Positions 1 through 8,503 of a DNA stretch of 64,000 bases are shown in pieces. A program made the translations under genes and the position numbers. The notes under the pieces were generated by a model, which was not told where the DNA came from, did no database searches, and saw only the letters and a program-made list of their open reading frames with translations. Source of the DNA: Candidatus Cloacimonadales bacterium (lineage in GTDB: Bacteria; Cloacimonadota; Cloacimonadia; Cloacimonadales; JAFGVF01); the NCBI GenBank assembly GCA_963677495.2, contig CAXXOU010000004.1, positions 736,001 to 800,000 of the forward strand, given 5' to 3'. The first letter of the stretch is position 1, and each line of letters begins with the position of its first letter.

Positions 1-2
1 GC

Positions 3-197
3 ACAAAAGATTCTAATTCCAGAAGCAAGTCAAGAGCCAAGCGAACGGTAGAGAATAGCGATGTATTCCTGGACTACTATTACACACTTAAAAGAGCAAA
101 TCTCTGGGATAAAGACCTTGAACTTGATGAGGCTGTATACTTGCTTAAAAAGCTTAAAAAAGAGAATGAGGAGATTGAAAAGAACTCAACCAAGTAG
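3..197 (+). CDS. Partial ORF, likely C-terminal (T) part of a phage tail assembly chaperone
   Basis: Frame 3 is open from the window edge to TAG 195-197 (...VENSDVFLDYYYTLKRANLWDKDLELDEAVYLLKKLKKENEEIEKNSTK). Lies upstream of the tape measure. Confidence 0.45.
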   Translation, partial: TKDSNSRSKSRAKRTVENSDVFLDYYYTLKRANLWDKDLELDEAVYLLKKLKKENEEIEKNSTK

Positions 198-332
198 TTC
201 GTCAATTATATCCTTTTTACTACGTTTAGGTGGGTGTTTAAGTCGTTCATTAATAGAAAGAATGGTACCACAAACAATTGCTGAAATAGCAATGAAAGCA
301 AGTAGTGTGATAACAGTAAATATAATATTCAT
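186..332 (-). CDS. 48-aa single-pass membrane protein, moron-like
   Basis: MNIIFTVITLLAFIAISAIVCGTILSINERLKHPPKRSKKDIIDELLG, with GAGG RBS 7 nt upstream. Not in the ORF track (<60 aa). Confidence 0.6.
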   Translation of the reverse strand: MNIIFTVITLLAFIAISAIVCGTILSINERLKHPPKRSKKDIIDELLG

Positions 333-370
333 TTTAAAACCTCAGTTAAAGATTGAAGGAGCTGTATAAG

Positions 371-3109
371 ATGTCAAGTAAATTAAACATGGTTATGCAA
401 TTAGACATCAAGCAGGTGCTTGAAAGACTTAAGCGTGTTGACAGCAAGATTAAAGATGTGTTTGGCATTGTTAGCAAGCCATTAAAGCTTAATGCGGACG
501 GCTCTGAAGTAGAGCAAGCCTTAGACAACATATCAGCTAAAGTAGATGGAATTGAAGATATCGAAATAGATGCTGATGGTAGCGATGCTGTTGATGAAGC
601 AGGAGAAGTTGCCGGGGCAATGGATGAAATTCCAGACAATAAGAATATTAAAATTAATACTGAGGGCACAGAGAATAGTGTGCAGGAACTTACAAGGGTG
701 GGAGTGGCAATTTTTGCCATATCTAACTCTTACAATATGGTCAAAAGCAAGATAGCAGGATATTTAGAATTGTCTAATAGACAAGAGCTATCAGAGGTTT
801 CACTTACTTCTGCACTGAAAGCCAGAGGATTGGCTAGTCAGCAGAATATTGATTCAATGATTAAGCTGGCACAACGAACTCAGGCTGTTACAATGATTGG
901 GGATGAAGCATCAATTGAGATGCTTGCTCTTGCAACATCAAGCGGAGTGGCATTTGATAAAATGGAGGAAACTCTAACAGGAGCTATTGGTCTTTCAACT
1001 GCCTTTGAAAAAGCAGGACTAAGCCAGGAAATGGCAATGAAGGGGTTAGCACTTGCTTATGAAGGTGAGTTCACTCAGCTAAACAGGTATATTCCGGCTC
1101 TAAGGACAGCAACAACTGATACTGAGAAGATGGCAATCCTTCAAGAAGCAATGGCTAATGGTTTTGAGATGGCAAAAGATCAGGCAAAATCTCAAGCAGG
1201 TCAATTAGCCCAAACCGGGAATCTGCTATCTGATCTAGGTGATAAGATTGGGGATGTATTGAAGTCATACCTTAAGCCACTAAATGTTGTTTTGAAGGGC
1301 ATAGCACAGTGGCTCAATGATTATCCTAGCTTATTCCGGGGATTGGTGGCGGCTTTTACAGCCATGGTGACAGTGACGAGTCTTTTACTATCTAAAACTA
1401 TTGCCTTGAATGCCGCAAAAGCGGTTGGGGCTGCTCTGTCCGGGAATTGGATTGCTTTGGCTGCAGCCGCTGCTGTTGGAGTAGGAGCTTGGGCTGCGAG
1501 TAGTTCTGCACTGAAGGGGAATATAGACGAGCTCAATGAGTCTGTAGAAGAAGCAACCAATTCGACACAGCAATACCAGAATCAACTTGATAGAATGAAT
1601 ACTCAACAAGTGAAGAGTGCAGTGACGGATCTTAAACAAGAATATGAAGATCTTAAGTTGGAACTTGAGGAGCTAAAAAAACATGATCCAGGGAGAACAC
1701 TTTCAGATAACCATGAAAGGCTTGAAAAGGCTATATACGAAGCCAAGAAGAAGTACAGGGTAGCTCGTAGTAAATTGATTGTATTGGAGAATAAAGATGA
1801 GCAATCAAGACTTGAAATCCAAGAGGACTTTGTGCTTAGAAAAACTGAGTTAGATAATCAGGCTTCATTATCAAATGAAAGATTGCTGGAACGCCAACTA
1901 GAGCTTGCCCGACTGAGTTATGAAGATATGAAGGTTGTTGATCAGCAAACTATGAATGCTAAGCTTGGGCAATACCAGAAGATTATGGATTTAGAAAAGC
2001 AACTAAAGGCTTTTAGAGAGCAAGAAGATGCTACCGAGTTAGCTGAGCAAGCACAGAAACTATCTCAATCCAAGGCTGAGATAGTGGAGTATTACTCTAA
2101 TCTTAAAGAGCTTGGGATTATTAATTATGAGGAGATGAAAAACAAGCTTCAAGAGTATTTAGAGAAAGTAAAGAGCGTCTATGGTGAGGAAAGCGAGATT
2201 TATAAAGAAGAGAAGAAAGAGATAACCAGATTGGAGCAAAACACCAACCTTAGAATGTATGAAGATAGGATTTCTTTACAATTAAAGGTGCATACTGAGC
2301 TATTGGAAGCTGATGGTAAGTATCACGAATCTAAGCTTCTTCTGTTTGAAGCAAGCTGGGAAAAGGAGAAGGCTGCACTTATCGCTGCTAAGGTATCTGA
2401 AGAGGAAATTGAGAAGCTTTACGCAGAAAGGAAGCTTGCGATAACAAGCAAGATGACTAAGGCTCAAAGCCAGGCATATAATGTGTTTCATGCCGGGATA
2501 ATGGAGATGTTTGGTGACATTGCCAGAATCGAAGTTGAGACCAATAACACGCTGATCAAGGGCTTTGTTGCAATGGCTAATACCTTTATTGCTCAAGTTC
2601 AGAGAATGATTGCTCAATGGCTCGCTTTTCAGGCAGTGAAGAAGCTTGGTGCAACCTTGGGTTTCAATATATTAGGTAGTGTTCTTGGCTTTGGTAACGG
2701 TGGTCAGGTTCCTATTATGGCAGATGGTGGATTGCTTTATGGTGCCAGTCACTCTGAAGGTGGAATTCCACTTGTTGCTGAAGGAGGTGAGTATATCATT
2801 AATACTTCGTCAACAGCTATGTTTAAGCCATTATTAGATCTGATTAATTTTGCACCAAAGGTTGCAATGGATATGTTCAAGGGTTTGTCCGGATTTAGGA
2901 TCCCTACAGCAAGCAGCTATAACCTGGCATATTCCGGAGCAAATGGAGCCGGAATGGAAGAGCTTGTTGGGGAAGTTAGAGCTTTGCGTGCTGAGGTGAG
3001 AAATAAGCAAATTTCCGGAGTATTTAGCATGAGGGATGATAGAAGCTCATACAATAGATATAAGTGCTTCCTTGTTGATAAAAAGAGCTATGAGGAGCAA
3101 GCAAAGTGA
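371..3109 (+). CDS. Phage tail tape measure protein
   Basis: ~910 aa, Ala-rich helical/coiled-coil with a central hydrophobic stretch and C-terminal ADGG...G.SHSEGGI...AEGGEYIIN motif. GAAGGAG RBS before ATG 371. Confidence 0.85.
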   Translation: MSSKLNMVMQLDIKQVLERLKRVDSKIKDVFGIVSKPLKLNADGSEVEQALDNISAKVDGIEDIEIDADGSDAVDEAGEVAGAMDEIPDNKNIKINTEGTENSVQELTRVGVAIFAISNSYNMVKSKIAGYLELSNRQELSEVSLTSALKARGLASQQNIDSMIKLAQRTQAVTMIGDEASIEMLALATSSGVAFDKMEETLTGAIGLSTAFEKAGLSQEMAMKGLALAYEGEFTQLNRYIPALRTATTDTEKMAILQEAMANGFEMAKDQAKSQAGQLAQTGNLLSDLGDKIGDVLKSYLKPLNVVLKGIAQWLNDYPSLFRGLVAAFTAMVTVTSLLLSKTIALNAAKAVGAALSGNWIALAAAAAVGVGAWAASSSALKGNIDELNESVEEATNSTQQYQNQLDRMNTQQVKSAVTDLKQEYEDLKLELEELKKHDPGRTLSDNHERLEKAIYEAKKKYRVARSKLIVLENKDEQSRLEIQEDFVLRKTELDNQASLSNERLLERQLELARLSYEDMKVVDQQTMNAKLGQYQKIMDLEKQLKAFREQEDATELAEQAQKLSQSKAEIVEYYSNLKELGIINYEEMKNKLQEYLEKVKSVYGEESEIYKEEKKEITRLEQNTNLRMYEDRISLQLKVHTELLEADGKYHESKLLLFEASWEKEKAALIAAKVSEEEIEKLYAERKLAITSKMTKAQSQAYNVFHAGIMEMFGDIARIEVETNNTLIKGFVAMANTFIAQVQRMIAQWLAFQAVKKLGATLGFNILGSVLGFGNGGQVPIMADGGLLYGASHSEGGIPLVAEGGEYIINTSSTAMFKPLLDLINFAPKVAMDMFKGLSGFRIPTASSYNLAYSGANGAGMEELVGEVRALRAEVRNKQISGVFSMRDDRSSYNRYKCFLVDKKSYEEQAK

Positions 3110-4188
3110 AGAGTAATGCAGTATTAAGGTTTGAATGGCAAGAAAGCCCCGGGACTGCGATAAATGGGATTGTGGTTAATGGGTTTCTTTCTGAGATCCC
3201 CGAGTTTGTCTCCCGGATTGAGCTTGATACATCTATCATCACTTTGGAAAGTGCTTCTTTAGTCTTTCAATACACTCCTTCAGAACAGTTAGCTCAGGGA
3301 GAATACAGGACTTGGTGCTTAGTGCTTGAAGCTTATTTGATTACTCAGAAGGTTGTGAGTATTGAGGTTATGATCAATGGGATAAGTGAGTATACCGGGA
3401 TACCTGATTATGGTACTATTGGTGAGGATTATGTTGATCATACGCTTAGCATTGATGTAGGCTCTGAAGCAGGAGCTTTGCTTGATCAGGAGATTGAAGC
3501 CGGGACTGAGATTTGGACTTATCTTACTGCTCTGACCCAGAATCTTACACCTTTGAAGGGTATGTTTACTCATATCCTGAATACATACTTACCGGAATAC
3601 ATGATTCAGTTTAATCTTGATGAGAGTATGGTTATCTATCACCCAGATCAGATTGAAGATAGTCATGCATATAGGATATGGATAAACTCCACAACTACTG
3701 TATCAAGCCTGCTGAAGCAGATACTTTACTTAACCGGGTGCAAGCTTAGGTTTGTGAGAGTTGGTGGAATGAGACAAGTGATGATCTCCAATATAATGCA
3801 TGGCTCAGAGAACCCGGTCATTGATATCCAGAAAGCTGCATTGCCTAGAAAGAATTCTGATTATCTGGCTGAGTTTGATGATCCCGGAGCTAATGTTGCT
3901 GTGTCTTTATTTTACATTGCTCTAGGTGGATTACCCGGTGAGTCAGTGTTTAATGTAGGTTTAGGTTTCTTTGCTTCAGGATGGGTGCAATGGTATGATA
4001 ATCTGAAGAAGATGTCACATAAAGAAAGATACTTGTTAGAAGGGGCTGGGCAATACGCAAAAGCAGGGGAACACGTGCGTGTTCATGGGACTACCTACTA
4101 TGTACTCGAATCAGTGAGAAAGCCTAAATTTAGCCCGGGAAATCAACCGTTAGAGATGATATTACTGAAGGGAGTGTGGAATGCTTAG
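3106..4188 (+). CDS. Putative phage tail protein
   Basis: 360 aa, GTGA overlap with the tape measure stop. Called by position only. Confidence 0.55.
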   Translation: MKSNAVLRFEWQESPGTAINGIVVNGFLSEIPEFVSRIELDTSIITLESASLVFQYTPSEQLAQGEYRTWCLVLEAYLITQKVVSIEVMINGISEYTGIPDYGTIGEDYVDHTLSIDVGSEAGALLDQEIEAGTEIWTYLTALTQNLTPLKGMFTHILNTYLPEYMIQFNLDESMVIYHPDQIEDSHAYRIWINSTTTVSSLLKQILYLTGCKLRFVRVGGMRQVMISNIMHGSENPVIDIQKAALPRKNSDYLAEFDDPGANVAVSLFYIALGGLPGESVFNVGLGFFASGWVQWYDNLKKMSHKERYLLEGAGQYAKAGEHVRVHGTTYYVLESVRKPKFSPGNQPLEMILLKGVWNA

Positions 4189-4672
4189 TTTATACAAATT
4201 TTCTGGAGATGCTGCTAATCCAGTGATCAAGATTTATGAAGACTATACTATGAATGTGAAGCAGAGTGCTCCTCATTATAAGTATAAGCAGAATAATCCA
4301 TTGAATCCGGCTGAGGTTTGGACAATTGGTAAGTACTTTGTGAAGCAGGGGAAGGCTTCTATTATACTTGATACTCAGGGGTATGATGAGCTTGTTACCT
4401 TTCTAGAGGGAGTTGATAGTGCTTCTTATGATGATTTAACCGGGTTATGGATACAGTATACTCACGGCACTGGAGCTAAGGTGCTACATGTGACTAATCT
4501 GGTGTCTGTACCCCAAGAAATAGATGATATACACTACGATGCCTGTGTTTGGGCTGAGATAGAATTTGATTGTGTTTACAATGATGGAGTCCCTCCGACA
4601 TTACCTCTTGAATCCTTCTGGGGAGCAGGAAGCTGGGGTGCCGGAAGCTGGGGATTTACTGCTAATGAATAG
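4181..4672 (+). CDS. Putative phage tail protein
   Basis: 163 aa, overlaps previous gene, C-terminal WGAGSWGAGSWG repeat. Confidence 0.5.
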   Translation: MLSLYKFSGDAANPVIKIYEDYTMNVKQSAPHYKYKQNNPLNPAEVWTIGKYFVKQGKASIILDTQGYDELVTFLEGVDSASYDDLTGLWIQYTHGTGAKVLHVTNLVSVPQEIDDIHYDACVWAEIEFDCVYNDGVPPTLPLESFWGAGSWGAGSWGFTANE

Positions 4673-4677
4673 AGGAG

Positions 4678-5460
4678 ATGATTATGGGAACTCAATTTAA
4701 TACACCCCCGGCATTGAATACACCGGGAACACAATACGCTGCTGATGTAAATAGCCTTTTAACAGCTATAACCGGAGCTATTAATGCTCTGGAAGCGGGG
4801 ACACCTTTAAATACTGTTTTTGCTGCTCTGAATCATACACATGCTTATGTGCCTACATCACATACCGATAACTCAGGCATAAAGCATACTACTGAGAGAA
4901 TATCCAGTCAGTTAGGTGGGGAATCACATCCTAACCTTGAGTTGTTACTTGCTTTGATGGTGGGAACTACTCAATTAACCGGACTTAAGTCTTTAGACGA
5001 CCTGACAAAGCACATTGCAGGCACTTCTAACAAGCACATGGCAAGTAAGATTGACTATGATGAAAACAACACAGTGGAAGAGATGATTGCTTTGCTTCAG
5101 CAAGGCATGTTAGGGCAATATTCAGTGCATAGACAGGTGGGGTTTGAGTTTACTCCAACTGCAGCTACAAAGTCGGTTTCTGAAGCTGATTTGCTTGCTT
5201 TACACCCGGAGATGGATGCAGGTCCTGAACACATTAATCCAAACTGTATTGTGCAGCTTTATAAGATTGATGACACGAGTGGGAAACGTACTCCGTCCGG
5301 TGTTGCTGAACCTGTTGAGATGAGTACCCCAGTTGATGGTGGTTCGATCACTCATATAAAACAGGTTGATTGCTCTTCTCTTACTGCAGGTAAGAATTAT
5401 GTGCTTGTGGTTGGATTCAGAAAAGCATCGGTTACACCTTCAGGAGGATCTCAGACTTAA
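4678..5460 (+). CDS. Putative tail fibre / receptor-binding protein
   Basis: 260 aa with HTH-type His motifs (NHTH, KHT, KHI, KHM) as in fibre shafts. GAGGAG RBS suggests a start at 4684. Confidence 0.5.
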   Translation: MIMGTQFNTPPALNTPGTQYAADVNSLLTAITGAINALEAGTPLNTVFAALNHTHAYVPTSHTDNSGIKHTTERISSQLGGESHPNLELLLALMVGTTQLTGLKSLDDLTKHIAGTSNKHMASKIDYDENNTVEEMIALLQQGMLGQYSVHRQVGFEFTPTAATKSVSEADLLALHPEMDAGPEHINPNCIVQLYKIDDTSGKRTPSGVAEPVEMSTPVDGGSITHIKQVDCSSLTAGKNYVLVVGFRKASVTPSGGSQT

Positions 5461-5533
5461 TTTTCGCTAATTAGAAACACGTAAGACATGCTGGCAGAGT
5501 CCAGCATGATTACTATATATATGGGAGATAAAC

Positions 5534-6280
5534 ATGGACGCAATGATACCATGGATTGGCGGAAAAAGATTACTTAGAAAAACTATTTCAGAGATGATAC
5601 CGGGAGATATCACAACCTACATTGAGCCTTTTGGTGGTGCAGGATGGGTTATGTTCTACAAGGACAGATGGGCAAAGCATGAGGTATATAACGACCTTAA
5701 TGGAGACCTGACTAACCTGTTTAAGTATGTGAAATATCATCCGGATTCATTGGTTGCTGAACTTGATTTCTTCGTACATTCAAGAGAATTGTTTAAGGAC
5801 ATTAAAGTCAATCCCGGTATAACTGAGCTGCAGAGAGCAGCCCGGTTTATGTGGTTAACTTGCTTCAGCTTTGGAGCAAAAGGTGAGAGTGTTGCAACGT
5901 CGAAATTAGGGGAATCCAGGTCACTGCAGAATCGCTTTAAGAAGATAAGAGATCTGCACGATCGATTGGATAGAGTAATGATTGAAAATCTGGACTATAG
6001 AGAGCTGTTTAATCGGTATGATCAGCCCGGAGCATTCTTCTATACTGATCCTCCATATTTCCATGGGGTGAAGTATGATAATGCTAAGAACTTTGACCAT
6101 GAAGAGCTTAGGGATATGCTCTTTAAACTCAAAGGGAGATGGTTGCTTTCCTATGATGATTGTCCTGAGATTAGGGAACTGTATGCCGGATGTAAGATAG
6201 TGGGAGTTACCCGACAGAAAGGCATAAACAGGAAACTGGGAGACATGGAATACAAAGAGGTGATTATTATGCCAGGATAA
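5534..6280 (+). CDS. D12-class N6-adenine DNA methyltransferase (Dam-like)
   Basis: WIGGK, YIEPFGGAG, YNDLN and DPPY motifs. Confidence 0.92.
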   Translation: MDAMIPWIGGKRLLRKTISEMIPGDITTYIEPFGGAGWVMFYKDRWAKHEVYNDLNGDLTNLFKYVKYHPDSLVAELDFFVHSRELFKDIKVNPGITELQRAARFMWLTCFSFGAKGESVATSKLGESRSLQNRFKKIRDLHDRLDRVMIENLDYRELFNRYDQPGAFFYTDPPYFHGVKYDNAKNFDHEELRDMLFKLKGRWLLSYDDCPEIRELYAGCKIVGVTRQKGINRKLGDMEYKEVIIMPG

Positions 6281-6350
6281 AAGAATTGACACCTATATAT
6301 AAGGATATAGGGTTTGTGTGTAATTGGACTTGCTCCAATTAAACCTAGGT

Positions 6351-6390
6351 TCCCCCTGCTTGCTACAGACGGCAGGGGGATTTCTCTATT
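6351..6390 (+). terminator. Rho-independent terminator after the methylase
   Basis: TCCCCCTGC...GCAGGGGGA stem followed by TTTCTCT. Confidence 0.6.
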
Positions 6391-6506
6391 ATTTTGGCTT
6401 GAAAATTCTCCGTTATTTTGGCACACTTTTTCTCTACCATTTGTCTCATTTTCTTAATACTGGATAATTTCTCTGACATTTTGGCACGTTTCTCTGACAT
6501 TTTGGC
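6381..6506 (+). repeat. Array of ~18-bp direct repeats, candidate transposase-binding sites
   Basis: TTTCTCTGACATTTTGGC at 6468-6485 and 6489-6506 (identical), variants at 6381-6398 and 6406-6422, degenerate copy at ~6427-6445. Confidence 0.75.
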
Positions 6507-6784
6507 GGGGGTTATGAGAGTCATTCTAGAGCCTTGAAACTAGCTGATTGTTAAGAGAAAATGAAGAAAAATAGCAGTTGAATCCACTTCAAGTAAAATG
6601 TTCTAACCACTTAAAAACATAACAATTACGCATAAACACCAGTCTTAACCCATACTCAGGAATTACAGAAAAGAAAAAAGTTAGGCATTTTAAGGAATTA
6701 TTCTTGACAGAGTGGGCAAAGAAAGTCAAATTTGAATCATTATAAGGCAATAGAATTCAATAAAAGGCAAAAAGTGAGGTTAGA

Positions 6785-7228
6785 TTGAATTATACGAGCT
6801 TCTACGGTCACTCAAAAAACAGTCTGAACAAAAACAGGGTTGTGATACCTAAGGATTTCAAGAATGCTATTACAGTAGCTGCAAAGCAGACATTCTATAT
6901 CCTTCCGGGTCAGGACAACCGTTGCTTGATGGTTTTCCCCGCAGATGTGTGGGTGGAAATTATCTCTAAGATGGCTGAGAGTGATGAGAAAGCTGTGAAG
7001 CGTCGTATGAAAGCAATGCTCATGATGGCCTCTAAGGAGAAGCTTGAAGGAAATGCAGGAAGAGTGAGATTGCCGGAGACGTTAATGGCAATGGTTGGGA
7101 TTACAGGAAACAAGGTTCATTTCTTTGGTGAAGGTCGTTACTTCACTATCTACGGGGAAGAACAGGGTGATAAGAAATTCCAGGAAGTTTTCAATAGTAT
7201 TAGTGAAATTGACTTCGACGAGTTTTAG
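6785..7228 (+). CDS. mraZ: Transcriptional regulator MraZ
   Basis: Two SpoVT/AbrB-like repeats (NRVVIPKDF, GRVRLP). First gene of the dcw cluster. TTG start. Confidence 0.9.
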   Translation: MNYTSFYGHSKNSLNKNRVVIPKDFKNAITVAAKQTFYILPGQDNRCLMVFPADVWVEIISKMAESDEKAVKRRMKAMLMMASKEKLEGNAGRVRLPETLMAMVGITGNKVHFFGEGRYFTIYGEEQGDKKFQEVFNSISEIDFDEF

Positions 7229-7230
7229 TT

Positions 7231-8178
7231 ATGTATCATACTAGTGTCTTACTTAATGAATCAGTCCAATCTCTTCAGCTAAAGCCAAACGGTATTTACG
7301 TTGACGGAACAATGGGTGCCGGTGGGCACTCAAAGGCAATTCTAGAAGAGAACTCTACAATTAGACTCTACTGCTTTGATCAAGATCAGGAAGCAATTGA
7401 TTATGCAAGCAAACGCCTTAGTCCTTTTGGTGAAAGAGTGACTATTATAAAAGACAACTTTGCCAATATTAGAACGCAACTTGCCTGGTGCAAGATTAAC
7501 TCGATAGATGGTATTCTCCTTGATCTCGGTGTCTCATCAAGGCAGTTCGATTCAGGTGAACGCGGATTTAGCTTTCAGGAAGACTATCCGCTAGACATGA
7601 GAATGGACCAGAGTGGAAAGCTTACGGCGAAGGACGTGCTTAACGAACTGACACTGGAAGAACTTACTAAAATCATTAGAGATTACGGTGAAGAGAAGCA
7701 AGCATTTAAAATTTCGAAAGCCATTATCGAAGCACGCGAAATTAAGCCATTAGAAACAACGGGTGAACTATCCCGTATCATAGAGAAAATTGTAAAAGGT
7801 AATCCGAAATTGGTAACAAAGAGCAAGGCTAGAGTATTTCAGGCTTTGCGTATCCATGTGAACGATGAATTAGGAGTGCTGAAAAAAGTTCTGGAAGATG
7901 CTTTAAATATCCTTAATCCGGGGGGGATTATGGCTATTATAACATTCCATAGTTTAGAAGATCGTTTGGTAAAGGAGTTTTTTAAGTATCAGGAGAAAGA
8001 CTGTACTTGCCCACCAAACTTTCCACGCTGTGTTTGCGATAAGGTATCCAGACTAAAAATTATCAGTAAAAAGCCCATCGTTGCATGTGAACAGGAGATC
8101 AGAGAGAACAGCCGTTCAAGGTCTGCTAAGTTAAGAGTTGCCGTTAAGACAAGATGGGGGAGTGATGAACAGAATTAG
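7231..8178 (+). CDS. rsmH: 16S rRNA m4C1402 methyltransferase
   Basis: HTSVLL, DGTMGAGGHS, DLGVSS, FHSLEDR and RSRSAKLR motifs. Confidence 0.97.
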   Translation: MYHTSVLLNESVQSLQLKPNGIYVDGTMGAGGHSKAILEENSTIRLYCFDQDQEAIDYASKRLSPFGERVTIIKDNFANIRTQLAWCKINSIDGILLDLGVSSRQFDSGERGFSFQEDYPLDMRMDQSGKLTAKDVLNELTLEELTKIIRDYGEEKQAFKISKAIIEAREIKPLETTGELSRIIEKIVKGNPKLVTKSKARVFQALRIHVNDELGVLKKVLEDALNILNPGGIMAIITFHSLEDRLVKEFFKYQEKDCTCPPNFPRCVCDKVSRLKIISKKPIVACEQEIRENSRSRSAKLRVAVKTRWGSDEQN

Positions 8179-8503
8179 TATTATATTTTTAGTCCTGTTC
8201 TCAGCATTTGTCGTACATTTTATCTTCGTATCACTTGTTACAGGCGGTGGACGTTTGAATACAAGACTTCAAAACGAACTTGTAGCTGCAAAAAGCTTAC
8301 AAGAAACTTTGGAGAAAGAAAACAATGTACTAACAGCTCGTGAGAGAGTTGAAGAGATAGCTGAAGACAGACTTGGAATGGTAAAAAGTGAATTTTTAAA
8401 AGACAACCTTGATTTCGTATTATGGGAGGAAACAAGAAAGGGCTGGACCGTTGAGTTTCTGGGTACTATAACCACTAGTGTTTTAGCCGCAGACCGACAA
8501 TGA
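8165..8503 (+). CDS. ftsL: Cell division protein FtsL-like
   Basis: TM segment, coiled coil and RVEEIAEDRLGM motif, between rsmH and the PBP. Confidence 0.8.
   Translation: MNRISIIFLVLFSAFVVHFIFVSLVTGGGRLNTRLQNELVAAKSLQETLEKENNVLTARERVEEIAEDRLGMVKSEFLKDNLDFVLWEETRKGWTVEFLGTITTSVLAADRQ

Larger units (their letters stand above)
1..6514 (+). mobile_element. Right-hand end of a prophage, probably Mu-like transposable phage (tail module, DNA adenine methylase, terminal repeat array)
   Basis: Tape-measure-like ORF, co-oriented tail-like genes, terminal methylase, 4-5 copies of TTCTCnnnnATTTTGGC at 6381-6506, then host mraZ. Left part is outside the window and the exact end is approximate. Confidence 0.75.

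Noticed and set aside
61..369. 102-aa plus-strand ORF in the track
   Set aside because: No RBS or plausible composition. The region is better explained by the frame-3 ORF end and the antisense 48-aa gene.
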